A stretch of 64,000 bases of DNA from Fimicolochytrium jonesii. Taxonomy: Eukaryota. The notes under the pieces are model-generated. The model was not told the origin of the DNA. It worked only from the letters and a program-made list of their open reading frames with translations, and searched no databases. The stretch is from positions 496,001 through 560,000 of the forward strand of contig NW_026515671.1 of assembly GCF_025526975.1 (NCBI RefSeq), in the 5' to 3' direction. This document shows positions 45,992-59,715 of this stretch, piece by piece. The position numbers and the translations under genes are program-made. Position 1 is the stretch's first letter. Every line of letters starts with the position of its first letter.

Positions 45992-47410
45992 ATGGTGGGA
46001 CAGAGAACGAAGCAAGCCAAGCTGAAAGCCGCCGTCTGTCCTACAACTCCAGCCCATAACGCACGCACTAAGATGCAAGCACAGTCGCCTTACCACACAT
46101 GCCCGGTGTGCCAGAAACCGTATCCAGAAACCCGCCTGATCCATGTCGAGAAGTGCTTCGCACTGAAAGTAGCCGCAATCAAAGCGGACGAAGCCGTAGC
46201 ACGAGCTCTGCAATCTGAACACGAAAGCGATGAGGCCCTGGCAAGAGCCCTTCAAGATGCTGAAGACGCCTGTATCCCTTGCGATGATGTTGGGCCCGGC
46301 CTGCGCCGCAGCCATCGCTTGAGATCTCGTGCTCGGGCCGCCGAAGAATCCTCACGGACCAACCACGAAACAAGCCCTGACCGCGCTTGTCCCGTGTGCA
46401 AGCTTTCCATTCCGCCAAGTACTCAACAGCAAAACCACATCACTCAGTGCTTGGCGAAACACGAAACGCAGCTGAAATCAGATGATGAGCTTGCGATTCA
46501 GCTATCTCGATCTTGGAGTGGGGAAGACCCGTATGCTGCACTTACACCGTGTCAACTCAATGCGCTACACCATGTGGAGAAGATCTCGGCTAAGCAGTCC
46601 AACAAATGTCGGAGTCAATTAGTCAAACGTATCAATACCCTTGGCTACTGTGAACAAGAGCTCGATATCGTGCTCGACTACATTCGACATCGGGCACCCA
46701 TCATCATTCATGTGACGCTGCATGTATTGGGCCTCCTCGCCAACGATACCCATTACAGAAACTTGTCCGAAGTACGCAAGTCTTTGCAACGCAACAATGA
46801 AGAGGGCAGCTTGTTTGCCTCACACTACCGCAACGCTGCCTTCGGGGAAAGGGTGAAGTACGGTGCACTCAACATTCTGAACGATCCACACGGCGTCCCT
46901 TCCGCGCGTCAGTATGGTGAATGCTATCTAAAGTTGAGAGATGTAGTTCGATATCGGGCAACCTTTTGCGACGGGGATAGTTTCGCCCATGTTTCGGACC
47001 AAAAACTAGCAACTGTTGAGCACTATGCACATTTGCTTTTGTCACACAAAGACGCTGAGATACATGAGCTTGTCCGCATTGCGAAAGGCGGAAGATCGGC
47101 CGGTACACGCCCTATCTCAACCTATGGCGATTACAAAGAAATGCAAATCCATGGAGATGTTGAGTTGAAGAAGGATGTTGCTGGGGTGTAAGTTCTTCGA
47201 AACTATTCATATCATTTGAGCTCTAAATACTCACCATTTGCTTGTTACTATTCAGTTTTTTTTCCGAAAATGTACATTGAGAAGTCAAGGGCAATGGAAA
47301 TCGGTAGGAGGCTGCAGGAGGCCCATAACCTTGACGTGTATTGGATGGGAGATGCGCATGCCTGGGGAGTGCAGGAGCTCATCGAAAGCACTGAACATGA
47401 TGCTGACTGA
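45992..47410 (+). CDS. Protein with two UBZ-type zinc fingers, three UIM/MIU-like motifs and a C-terminal DUF3626-like domain; start may be 46073; last exon 47256-47410 is out of frame by 1 nt
   Basis: CPVCQK...HVEKC and CPVCKL...HITQC; ADEAVARALQ, SDEALARALQ, SDDELAIQLS; APIIIHV, YRNLSE, ERVKYGALN, YGECYLKL, RATFCDGDS, YKEMQIHGDVELKKDV. Confidence 0.75.
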
Positions 47411-47850
47411 ATTTTTAGCTCTGCATTTCTCGCGAGAGGTAGTTACTGACATATATACGGGATCAAGAGTCGATTCAGATTGGCACGGCGTAGTAACCCT
47501 TTTCAAAGTTTCCGCCAATACTCAATTACAGCCCTTTATCCGTTCTAGGATGTTGGGAAAGCGTTTCCCGTAATAACTATTTGTGCAATGAGTCCTGCAC
47601 TATTACCAATTTACTTTCGGTCAAGGTGTGCGTCTATACATCAACGGCCGCCAACGAGGCACCGTCCGGCGAAGCGGAGGTGTGGTCGTGGCTCTGTATA
47701 ATATATAGCATCTAGCATACCCGTCAGGAGTTACGCGCTGTCGATTTTCCAGCGCTCTGTCACGAGGCGGGGCCTCGCATTAAACACCTCGAACGCACCG
47801 CAAGCATTGCAACCAAGCAGGGCTATTTTCCGCAGGCTCTCATTCGTGCA

Positions 47851-48941
47851 ATGTTGAGCAATAAGGAAGCAGCCGGTCGCCCTTCGTCGTCGCACGCCCG
47901 ACCAGAAGCTCCATTTCCGCTCATACGCTCCAAAAGCTATCTGACCAGGGATGTCGAGGACAAAGTTGGTATTGATCTAGCATACGGCAAGGCTGCTGCC
48001 GATCTGGTAAATGTTATCAGAGAGGCTGCAACTTCAATCAGGTGAGATATCTGAACAATTTTGGAGGGCAGAAGCCTTCGCGCAAAATGGGGTCGAGGAA
48101 CTCAACACTCCGCTCTGGGACCGAAAGCCCTATCCAGTATATCTATCTGCAGAAGAACGACCTTGAGAAGCTTCCACCTGAACTAGGACTGCTGAACTCT
48201 CTGGTGCACATGGACGTGTCTTTCAACAACTTAGACGAATTGCCTGGTCTTATTTTTCGGGACCTGCATCAACTGAGGTTCTTTGGAGCTCAGAGCAACC
48301 AACTAAGCCGGGTGCCGGAGGAGCTCGGGTTCTGCACAGACCTCACGCAGCTGCGGCTCTTCAAAAATAGCATCGACCAGCTTGCGGAAAAGCTTTTCTC
48401 TACTCTTCTTCACCTTGAGTTGCTGGATGTTGCGCTCAACAACCTGACCACTTTACCAGCAGATCTCTTCCTTTGCTGGAAATTGAAGAAGCTGTATCTG
48501 TCGCACAACCGTCTTCGAGCTCTCAGCCCGGCCATACGGAACCTCCGTCAGTTGAAGCACCTGGACCTTTCACATAATGAGCTTCAGACCCTGCCGAAGG
48601 AAGTAGGCAACCTCGAAAACCTCCTTGTTTTGGACGTCAGTGGAAATAAGATTCACCACCTTCCGCAAGATGTGTTTGCAAATATGTGCGCGCTGCAGTT
48701 CTTGGATTTGCGGAGGAACAAGCTGTCGGAACTTCCGAGTCTGTCTAGACTGGAATCGCTGAGCACTTTGCATGTAGACGACAACCCGATTGAGGTGTTG
48801 ACACCATCACTGGGAGAACTGGAGAAGTTGGAGACACTGACTCTCGATGTGGGGACTTCGTCGAGGCTGCAGAGCCCGCCGAAAGAGATATGTAGGCAGG
48901 GATTGAAGGCTATTCAGGCGCGTCTGCGAAGCAGGCAATAG
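47851..48941 (+). CDS. Leucine-rich repeat protein (about 11 typical LRRs); intron near 48042-48127
   Basis: Repeated LxxLxLxxNxLxxLP units and a C-cap LQSPPKEICRQGLKAI. Confidence 0.88.
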
Positions 48942-49330
48942 AAGGCTTTAGATATCCAATGCACATAGCAACAAATAACCGGCACTGAGCCCACATCGCG
49001 ACATTTTCGTCCTCTGAGGACGCATCAACCCGTGAGACATCCTCGGAACCAAACCCGTGCGAAGCCCATCGTCAAGGCATCCGTGACTTCTGCCAACGCT
49101 TTACCAATGCCCTCAGGTGTCCAAGGGAAAGTTGGGCATACCCTTCAGGCCAACGTCGGGTGCCGCGATCCGTCAGACTGCGGAATCTCTGGAGTTCGAA
49201 GCGGAAAGCCTTGAGGAGTTGGTACTTCCGAACCCAAACAAGCTCTCGCCCGGGCACGTAAATCCAACGTGTGCGGTCCGTCTCCTCCAGCGGCCGTGGA
49301 AGACCTCGAGGGCTATCTCAGGAGTCGCTA

Positions 49331-49408
49331 GCAGATGTTGCACTGTTTTTTGGAAGTGACGCAGATGTTGCACTGTTTTTGGAAGTGTTGCACTGTTTTT
49401 GGAAGTGA
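49331..49408. repeat. Short tandem repeat, 3 copies of core TGTTGCACTGTTTTTGGAAGTG
   Basis: Read directly from the sequence; unit lengths about 30/26/20 nt. Confidence 0.85.
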
Positions 49409-49723
49409 TGATTCTGTGCCCAAGAAGGACTCTTGAAGACGTGTTATTTTGCCTTCGATTGCTGTCTCATACTCCTGCTCTGAACTTCCGGATTATATCA
49501 ATGCAAATTCTGGTTCACTGGGCAGTTCCCATTTGCTTACGAGCTCTGATGAACGCATGTGATGCCGATCTGCCAAAATAATGACGCGCTATAGCATATG
49601 GGTGTAACATCTTCGATAAATGTGACAAAGTCCTAATTGGGTACAGTGAAGGTTCCAAAAAAATGCAAGATCCCAAAACTACAGTAAGTGTCTTCAAAAC
49701 TGCCTCATGGCCCCAACACAGTC

Positions 49724-52700
49724 TCACGACCTGGACGCGAGCTCGTAAGCCTCCTCGCTCAGCTGCTCGCTCTTCCTTTCACCCTTCGACGCTCTCAGTG
49801 CATCCCACCACAGCGGCGTCTCGTACTTCACGCCATTCAAAACTTCGTTGAGGGCTTGCTTCCACATGTCTGCGATATCCGACGATTGCCATTCTACCAA
49901 CGCGGGCTGCGTCCCGTCTCCATCACATTCTCGCCTGATCGTCTCAGACGATCGGAGCATCTTGTTGCTTTCCTGCTGATACCTCTCCACCTCGTCCGGA
50001 TCGATTCCAAAAATGATCTCACGGCCGTCTTTGAAGAGTAAAACAAACGCGGCGCGTTGATCAGGCAGTTTGTCCCGCTCGTTGAACGCAGCATCAGATT
50101 GCGATGGTTCGCTACCGTCATCGCTAGCATTCGTAGGACCACCCGAAGACGTCCGGTACCGTTGCCCGATGGGTGAGAAGGCGTACCAGTTTTCGCAATG
50201 AGCCAGCTCGATTGTCAGTAGGTGTTTGCCGTGGGATTGTTCCAGTGGGGCGGGGAGTTCGGTCTTTGGGTCAAAGTCGGACTCGTCCCAAGAAATGCCT
50301 GTGACGAAGGGCAATGGAGCTGCTTCGTAAACGTGCAGTTCGGCACCTGTTAAGCGGTAGTATCGGCGGCGATAGTGCTAAGGGAAGGTAAACTGTTTAG
50401 CAGATTTTCAAATGAGCAAAGGAGATAGTTCAGTTTCAGCCGCACCTTTCGCACATCCCCACCCAGCTGCCACAAATGCCCCTCCATAGACAGCGCCTGA
50501 TTCCAATCCGTAATCCTCACAGCCATCTGATACTCCGCATATGTCGTCGGAAAGAAAGATCTCGGAACCTTCTCCTCCATGAAGGGCAAGAACCCAATAA
50601 GACAGGAGATCTTTCCAACGCACTCGCCATGCACCATCCCGCCCTTCCATTCCAAGGTGCGCAGTTCGAGTTCGGGCGCAATGAGGGTTCCGGTCGCACT
50701 TTGCAGGATCTCGGCCCATTCGGACTGCGTCGGCTCGGCTTCTGCTACTAGGAGGTTGGAGGTCATGAAATCGGGTCCGGAGGTGGACCGGCGAGGAGAA
50801 CCACTTGGTAATGCAGGTAACGGTTTTGAGAAGGAGGAGTTGTTGCTGTCGACCACCGTCTCGTCGCTCGAGGATCGGCCCCCGCGGAAGAAGGACATCA
50901 AACTGTTACGGCGGGGCGCGGTGGCGAACTTTGCGATAGGTGCCAGCAGGTTGGTTGCGGATGCGGACGCGGATGGGGTTGAGGTAGTATATGCTGAACC
51001 TTGTGAGAGGGGGTTACTGAGTGCCTTGAAGTAGAATACGAGAGAGACAGGGTGTGTAGGGAGCAGCGGCCTGGTATGGTAGGTATCACTACGAGCAGCG
51101 GAAGGCGTAGAGGATAAAAGCAGGTTGGGCTTACATCTCGCACTCCAGGTCGAAATCGACATCGGTTTCGCCCAGACTCAAAATTCGTGTGGTCTCAAAC
51201 TCATACTGTCGGTCAGCTTTCTGCTGGCGGATATTAAGAGTCACTTCAATATCTGTGATTGAATTCGGGTATTATGAGCATAGCTTCGTAAGAATGGAGT
51301 AACAGCCGTGAACCTCACACACATACCCGAATTGCTCCTGAAGAAGGCGTCGTCAAGGGTATTTACTAGGAAGCCGAAAATATTAGTAATTCTTCGAAAA
51401 TGCTAACGTTCCAGAGGCACTTACTGCGCAGATACAGCATTCCTATCCGGGCATCGCTGGGTGGAACAGCGCGTGCCACCTCCTCGAAAATCAAGCGCTT
51501 GGATTCCAGCTCCCCATTCCACGCTCGCTATTATATCCCGAACGCACGATGAGCTCACCAAGCTTACAGGATCAAGCTCGCCAAATTCAAACAGTCCTTA
51601 CCCCAAACCGGACAGACTTCCCAATGGAGGCGCGTTTCCGAGGCATCTCGCCAATAATGTCGTCTACGATTGATGTCAGACTCTCGACGCGTGAAGGCAT
51701 TTTGGGAGGATTGCGGACTGCGTCTCGATAATCAAAGTCTTCGTCGAACCCATCGTCGTCAAAATCAGCTTCAAGCGAGTCTGTGCATGACAACAAGACG
51801 TTGAGGTCGGATGTGTCATCTGGAGTCCAGAAAGAGGATGGGGCCATGAATGAAAAAGTAATGCGAGGTTCATATTTTCAGACCGCTACCTTTTGGGGTT
51901 TGTTGAGTGCCATCAGAACCGCTGGTCATTGCTGCAGGAGGCGGAAACACGGTATCCGGTGGTGGCATAGGTTGATGCGAGGTGAGAGGAGGCGTAGGCG
52001 GGCGGACGATTGATGGAGGGGTATTCGGAGGTGGCGGGAGATTGACGGCCGGGACCATTGTGCTAAGTGAGGTTCTTGGGGATGCTTCAGCGATAGCGGA
52101 CGTCGGGGATGTTGTAGGTGTGACAGGTGACGTGGCGTTGGCAGCTGCTGACTTGTTAGAGCCGAGGATCGCATGCAGCCAGTCGGGGTCATCGAAGATA
52201 GCCGAGACTGAGGGAACCTGTCCGTAATGTCAGATTAGGGACTTGAACAGGGACCATGCATATTTGACATGAGCTTCATACCTGGAGGCGAGTTGGACTC
52301 CATATTCGCTTGAAAGCTTGCTTCGCGCTGGATGGGACTCGGCCAAGTTTGGAAACACCAGCTTCGTGTCGATTGTCATCTGCAGCAGTACCGACCTTGG
52401 AAGTATCTTCATCCGCTACCACGGGAAAGGTTTCCGCAGCTTCGTCCGGCGAGGAATCAAGCAGGTGGTCTTTCTGCTCGATATCGGCAGACATCTCCGG
52501 AGGTGTTGAAGTTGAAACCAACGTCACATCTTCAACACTCGCCGCGTCCGGCGCCCGGTCAGGAGCGTCGTTGGAAACATCTGGAGAGGCTAATGAGGAT
52601 GCATCGGCGGCGAGGTGCGAAGAACTCTCGACCTCGGCCGAAGTTTGATCACCCGCTATGCTGATTGAATTGGGGATCTCAACGTTCGACTCCGTGGGAA

Positions 52701-53664
52701 CGGTCTCGGTTTCGTCACTACCCAATCTGAGTGGAACAGGTTCTTCGACACCAGCCCCTTTGGATCCAATCTCTGTCTCATCAGGAGGCTTGAACATCGC
52801 GACATCAAGCGACCGCCGGCTGGATCCAGACTTCTTTTTGGCATTCACAGACTCCAGATACTTGGCACCTACGGCAACTCCGAAGGAGTCCTTGCGGATG
52901 GGCCAGAAACCTTCGGAGGACGAGAGACCGGGTACCACCTCCGGAGCTTTGGGTGTTTCGTTTCCTTCAGTCGTCTTCCCTTTCCACATGTCCGGCAAAG
53001 ATAATCTGTTTCGCTGGCGGGTATCGCTGATCGTATGCGGTACAGGTGGTGGAGTTGATGCCGCTGAGCTGTTTTCCGGCAACGCTGAAGAAGATCTCGA
53101 TCGCCAATCACGCAAGTGGGAAGGTTCCGCCTTCATCGTCTCGCCAGTCTTCCCACCCGTGCCTCGGTCGGCGAGGACAAACGGGTTTCCCCGGACGGAG
53201 CCGTTCTTGAAGTCTTTCAGGCGTGGTGAGTGTTTAGCGGACGAGGTGCTCGACGAGGTGTATGGAGTAGCGCTCGCTGCCCGACATCTTTCCATATCTG
53301 CGCGGCGAATTGAGTTGAGCCTCAAGCTATGCGGGGTTATACAGGCAGAACTGTAGACATCCAATAACTGACGCGTACCTAGGGCCTTGGGCTTTGAATC
53401 CTTCCATGGCGGCTGAGGGTCAACAAGCTTGGGATTTGGCGGCTTTACATTGGAAACCTCCTCCTTCCAGGTCCCGCTGCTGCCCTTCAACATCAGAGAC
53501 CGAAAGGGACTATTGCTAACGGACCCTCTCGCGCGCAAGCTACTGATATCATGTTTCCGTGGACGCTCGGTGGTGACGGCGTCTTCACCACCGTGCTGTT
53601 CGTCCGCCTCCGCCGCCCGCGCGGCAGCCGTCGCATCGTGCTTCAGTGTCGACGGCGCCAGCAT
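49724..53664 (-). CDS. Bud4/Mid2/anillin-like protein: long disordered N-terminus and C-terminal PH domain (multi-exon)
   Basis: Collinear minus-strand ORFs (52276-53664, 51587-51847, 50350-51162, 49724-50314); SMEGHLWQLGGDVR..RRYYRLTGAELHVY and AFVLLFKDGREIIFGID are PH-type motifs. Confidence 0.65.
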
Positions 53665-54474
53665 GAGGGCTACAAACGGTGTTTACGGATATGAGGCGCG
53701 TTCGTTGCGCTGGCGAGATCGCCTGATGACTACTTTTGAAATCGCACACTCCCGAGAGCCTTTGGCGGTTGGCGTACGTCTTTACGAAGTTCTATTACTG
53801 CTTTCGCGGAAAACGACTTTGTAACCTCGTTTCCGCCTCAAAGATCTCCAGCACGGAATATGTATGTACGCCGTAGCTGTTCCGAGTGTGGAGAGCATAC
53901 AGCGCACCCACCCCTGCCCGTGTTTAGCCTTATTTCGCCCATCCTTTGTGGTAGATACTTCCTGCGTGGGCTAGCCAGCTGGCTGGCCCTGGACGAGGCA
54001 AGGTGGAGTGCGAATAAGGGTCTTCAGCAACAATACTACGCCTTGCCCCGCTTATTCCTGATGAGAGAGCGACCTGGATGACACAGCGTGGAGTATTAAG
54101 CGTACTGTTACTACGTACGCGCGCTCTGGACCGCCTGACTGTGGGTTCTCGGTTCCCGGCTTAATCGGATTGGTTTCCAGCTCCTGTCTTCTGGCTCTCG
54201 GCAGGAGCAATCGGGATTTTCCCAACAGCCACTAGCCAGGCTCATTCAGACGGAATATAGTCCTGCAGGAGCTGGTGGGTGTTTCTGTGTACTGACTGTA
54301 TGATGGGTTCCTGCGCGGCAGGTGGCAAAGGATGCTGAACTTGAGCGTTCTATAGTCATCGCCCACTTGCAGGCTCACTTGCGGAAGTTTTGTACATATC
54401 TCTCAATCGCACCTTACCTCTCTATCATTCGCTAAACCTCAAGGAGGTTGGAGGACATTCCACGATTTGTCGAG

Positions 54475-57400
54475 ATGAAGTATGGACAAATAAAGCTGTA
54501 CAGTTCCAAAGAATGTTGAGTTGACCATGTTGCGGTTCAGGTTCGACCTTGACGGCCTGCCGGTCCTCTTCCCATACGATTACATATACCCGGAGCAATA
54601 TGCCTATATGCGCGATATTAAGAGGGCCCTGGATGCACAGGTTTGTGAGCTATCTGGAGACCTTGTTGAAGCTCCCTGTCTAAAAACCAAGCTCTCGTGG
54701 GTGTAGGGACACTGTCTGCTGGAAATGCCGTCAGGAACAGGGAAAACGGTATCGCTGTTGTCGTTGATTGTAGCATATCAGCAGGTAAACGCTGTGACCG
54801 ATGCGCCTTCGATACATGGCTCAAGATTGATCCCAGCGCCATTTCAGTTCTACCCGGAGAAGAGGAAGTTGATTTACTGCTCGCGAACGGTGCCCGAGAT
54901 TGAAAAAGCCCTAGCCGAGTTACAGAGGTTGATGGAGTATAGGAAAAGTCATGGATTACAAGAGAAGTTTCTGGGTCTCGGACTCACCTCGCGCCGGAAT
55001 CTATGTGTGCATCCCGAGGTATGGGATGGTTCCATCGAGTGGCTTTTCGCACCCCTTGTCTCTGACCAAGCTTGTGTCTAGGTCAGCAAACAAAAATGGG
55101 GGAGTATCGTCGACGCACAATGTCGAAACCTGACCGCGCCATGGATTCGCGAGCAAGCGAAGGAGAGTGACCCGGGAGAGGTCAAGACGTGCAGTTTCTT
55201 TGAGGTAACCTCGAGGGTGTTATGCGTATGCCACATGGGAGATGCGCTCATCATCTTCCGAACGCAGTCTTTGGAGAACGCGGATGAAACCGCTAGCATG
55301 CCTCCGGGCGTCTACACGTTGGAAGATTTGAAGGAATGGGGCCGACAAAATGGCTACTGTCCATACTTCCTTGCTCGAAGGATGGTATGTGGATTGAAGG
55401 CGAAAACTGGAACGCAAAAGTGTGAGATCGGACTAACGGCCACATGCATGTGTAGATTGCCTTTGCGAATGTCGTCATCTACAGTTACCACTACTTGCTA
55501 GACCCGAAAGTGGCGGATTTGGTGTCGAAGGAAATGGCGAAAGATTGCATTGTCGTATTTGACGAGGCGCACAATATTGGTGCGTAGGAAACTCACTCTT
55601 GAGTATACCCGAACGAGGCCTAACGACTCGCCCACTAGACAACGTTTGCACGGAATCCCTGAGCATGGACATCACCCGGCCCATCTTGGATGCCAGTGCG
55701 CGAAGTGTGCAAGCACTAGCTTCTAAAATCGACGAGTAAGCTAAGCTTGACTATGTCGGGTGACAGGATGTCCACTCATCACGATCGGACAGGTTGAAGC
55801 AATCGAACTCGGAAAAGCTGCAATCGGAGTACACCCGGCTCGTCGAAGGTAAGGGAAATCGGTGGCTGGGTCTCAAGCAAAGGTCGCCCGTAACATTGAT
55901 TTTAGGACTGCGGACGGCACAGGAGTCCAGAGCCAACGACGAATTCATGTCAAATCCAAGTAAATCTTTCCTGATATTTCCGACAACACTAGACATCCGG
56001 AACACTGACATCTCACATCTGAACGCGCAGTTCTCCCCGAGGATATATTGCAGGAAGCTGTGCCCGGGAACATCAGAAGAGCAGAGCACTTCGTTGCATT
56101 CCTGAGGCGATTCATTGAATACCTCAAGGTACGCCGTCAATGTCCGTCATCTACCGTGTACACCTGACTCAAGATCCCTGCAGACCCGACTACGAGTCAT
56201 GCACGTTGTTGCGGAAAGCCCTACGTCCTTCTTACAGCACGTCAAGGAAATCACATATATAGATAAGAAGCCCTTAAGGTATACTCTCACCCTCCACGAC
56301 ATTTGTATACGATCCACTTGGTAACGCATGTTACCCTAGATTCTGTGCGGAAAGGTTGGGATCCCTTATCCGCACTCTGGAGCTCACGGATCTGGGGGAC
56401 TACCAGGCCTTGCAGAAGATTGCCGGGTTTGCGACTCTGGTTGCGACATATCAGAAAGGTACATAAGCAGCTGATTGGACCTCAATGACCTGCTTTTTGA
56501 CCACTGATCAACTGCGACCGATAGGGTTCATTTTGATTCTGGAGCCCTTTGAGAATGACACAGATACCATTCCCAACCCCGTGCTACACCTATCGTACGT
56601 CAAGTCGCACAGTCCACATTTCATCCACCCCATTGATCAACTTCCGTTCTTCATTTACAGGTGTCTCGACGCCACTCTAGCGATCAAACCCGTCTTCGAC
56701 CGGTTCAGCTCCGTCATCATCACGTCCGGAACACTCTCACCAATGGAACTATACCCCACCCTTCTTGGATTCCAACCCGTTGTGATGCAAAGTTATCAGA
56801 TGACCCTGACGAGATCTTGTTTCTTGCCCTTGGTAGGCCGGTTAAGGGTTATCACGTACAAGTAGCAAGTACTCACTCAGCGAATCCGTAGACCATTACT
56901 CGAGGAAGCGACCAAGTCGCCATCAGCTCCAAGTTCGAGGTGCGAAACGATCTCGCTGTGGTCAGGAACTTCGGAAACATTCTTCTCGAGTATGCGAAGA
57001 TTGTTCCCGATGGGCTCGTCTGCTTCTTTCCGAGTTACCTGTACATGGAGTCTATTGTCACGGCTTGGAATGAACTGGTATGGATCTCTCACGAAGGATG
57101 CACTATGAAGGATGCAATATGGATCCGTAGCAGATGCTCAGAGTCGAGCTTTTGTAGGGCATGCTTCAAGACGTGTTGAAGTACAAGCTGATATTCATCG
57201 AGACACCTGACGCCGCCGAGACCAGCTTAGCCTTGGAGAACTACAGACTGGTAGGTGCTTCGCTTGTGTACTGGAAAACAGCAACCCAAACCAGAGCAAT
57301 GCTAATACGTAACTAGGCGTGCGACAATGGACGTGGAGCAGTTCTGCTTTCCGTCGCGCGTGGGAAAGTCTCGGAAGGTGTGGATTTCGACCACAACTAC

Positions 57401-58041
57401 GGACGAGCTGTGATTCTGTTCGGGATTCCATATCAGTACACGGAATCTCGGATACTGAAGGTGCGTTTTGTCGAGGACTCGCACTTACTGAAGCTCGGGT
57501 TGAGGGTCTAATGCCACTCACTCGCTTAGGCAAGATTGGAGTTCTTGCGAGACAACAGCAAGATCCGCGAGAACGATTTCCTGACGTTTGATGCCATGCG
57601 GCACGGCGCTCAATGTGTTGGACGAGTCTTACGCGGTAAAACGGATTACGGGCTCATGGTGTTTGCTGATAAGGTATGGATGGCTCTGTCGCTTCTTTTG
57701 GCCCGCGCGTTTGAAGCACCACCCAGACATACCCAACCTTTCGTCCCATTCAGCGATTCGCACGCGCCGATAAACGCAGCAAACTGCCCAAATGGATCAA
57801 CGCGGGCATGACAGAAGCCTGCGTCAACCTCTCCACCGATATGGCCATCGCCATGTCCAAGAAGTTCCTGCGTAGCATGGCGCAACCGTTCGAGCATAAT
57901 CAGCTGGGCGTATCGCTATGGGACGCTGACGAGCTGCAGAGGCGGCAGGAGAGGGAGCGGGCACAGGGGAAGGAGGGGCCGGGTAGAGTGGAGTTGGGCG
58001 TCACGCCTATGGAGGGTGTGCAAGTCCAGGTGAATGGATAA
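54475..58041 (+). CDS. RAD3: TFIIH 5'-3' DNA helicase XPD/RAD3 (many short introns)
   Basis: [91 protein letters not shown]. Confidence 0.96.
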
Positions 58042-58481
58042 GGTGGCTGCGATTTTTGGGAGGGCGTAGAGGTTTCCGTGCAAGGGAAGCAACCACGATT
58101 ACCACACCATGGCGTAGATCCAAATTGGGAAAGGGCATCGTTTTGTAAGCTTAGATAGTTCTGTAAATACTTGTACCGTTGGCAGCATTAGGCATATCAT
58201 CACACAAATCAGTGTTGTTCAATCGCCCCAGTAACCGAGATGCCAATCATGGGAGGTATTTATACAGGTTTTATGTGAGATTGAACATGAGAAATGAGAA
58301 TCTCTCATGCAGAATTATGAATTTACAAGAAAGTGTAACATCACACAGGTACGTCGTATGCGTTACTGGCAGCAACAGATGTTGAAAACGAACTGAGCAA
58401 CCCTTGTCACAGCAGATCTTGAGCAAATCGTGACGGACCCGACAGTCGACTGCGACCCGCCAAACCGGGCATTATGCTTGA

Positions 58482-59715
58482 TTACCACTCGAACTCTCCG
58501 TTCGCCTGCGCAAATGCGTTTACACGGCCACCGCAAAGTGGTAACTGCAAAAAAGCAACAAACCTACCTTATTGAACAGGTAATCCCTTCCGTCCACCGT
58601 TACAATGCCATCTTTCAGAGCGCACTTCCATTTGTTCTTTACGCGATTCACCTGCCGAATGCGTTCATCAAGGTGTGATGATTTTAGTCAACGGTGCCAA
58701 AAATTGTTTACCTTTGGGTTCGGTTTCTTTACCTTTTCGTACTGACACAGAATGAGATCTGGCGTATCAGCAGCCTCATCCTCGGAATCTTCGTCGTCAA
58801 GCTCGGAATTGATTCCGTCATCATTGTCATCCTGCGCGAAACGGCCAGGTTAGCTCAGATGAATTGCGATCCCACCCTTTTAGAGATGTTGTTTACATCT
58901 TCATCTTCCTCCTCATCATCGTCAACCCCATCCAGCTGCCGTATCCGACGCTTCGCCAGCTTTCGGGCCGTCTCATCGCGAGCTTGCGCCCATTGCTTTT
59001 CAATCATACGATCAATTGCCTGGGAATATTCTTAGTCAGCGATGGTCTTTATGATCCACGCATTTTCTTACGCCCATACCACTCTGGATGGGACGGCAGC
59101 AGAAGAACTACTTGGTGCTCCATCGTCTGGGGCCCCGTCCTCCTGCGGTATTATCTTGACATCTTCCTCTGTGGATATATGCCCGTCTGTCAACCCTGTA
59201 TGGTGGCTGGCATATTGCGTCCACTCCAATGACGCACCACTTTCCAGACCGTCATCGCCTTCAGCTCCCGTCGTTGTGAAAGAGGCATCGTGATCCACCC
59301 CGTCAGCGGGATAGTAGTCAGTCTCATAATCATCGTATCCGTCGTCTTCTTCGTCCTTAAAGTCAAAGTCTGCCACCCTCATTCCAGAGATCTTCTGTTT
59401 CCACACCTATAGAGCAGTTCCAAGGTGGCCAGCCAGAGGTCAAAACTGGATAAGGGCAGAACCTAGAGGCTGAGAACTTTGGGCTCCCGTACCTGACGCA
59501 TTTCCGCCAGGATATTTTGTCCGACGCCCATTTCCGCGAACGTAGTGGAAACACTGTCGCAGACTTCATCAATAACATAGTTATAGACCCCGGGCTGCAA
59601 TAGCCAGCTCTGGTTAACATATGAAAACGCAGCGAGACAAGTAGAAAGACTGTCCACCGAGCCATGGCTGGGCTCAGCTAGCTCCACGCCAGCTTACCAC
59701 AAGTTGGTTCGACAT
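58482..59715 (-). CDS. TOA1: Transcription factor IIA large subunit (alpha/beta) (multi-exon)
   Basis: MSNQLV|PGVYNYVIDEVC...WKQKI N-terminus; acidic INSELDDED; LILCQYEK|VNRVKNKWKCALKDGIVTVDGRDYLFNK|ANGEFEW*. Confidence 0.9.

Noticed and set aside
49331..49408. CRISPR-like array
   Set aside because: Repeats are adjacent with no unique spacers, the context is eukaryotic, and there are no cas genes.
49401..49489. Possible box C/D snoRNA (GTGATGA ... CTGA with GGAAG/CTTCC flanks)
   Set aside because: The C box arises from the end of a tandem repeat, the terminal stem register is non-canonical, and no convincing 10-nt or longer rRNA guide was recognised.
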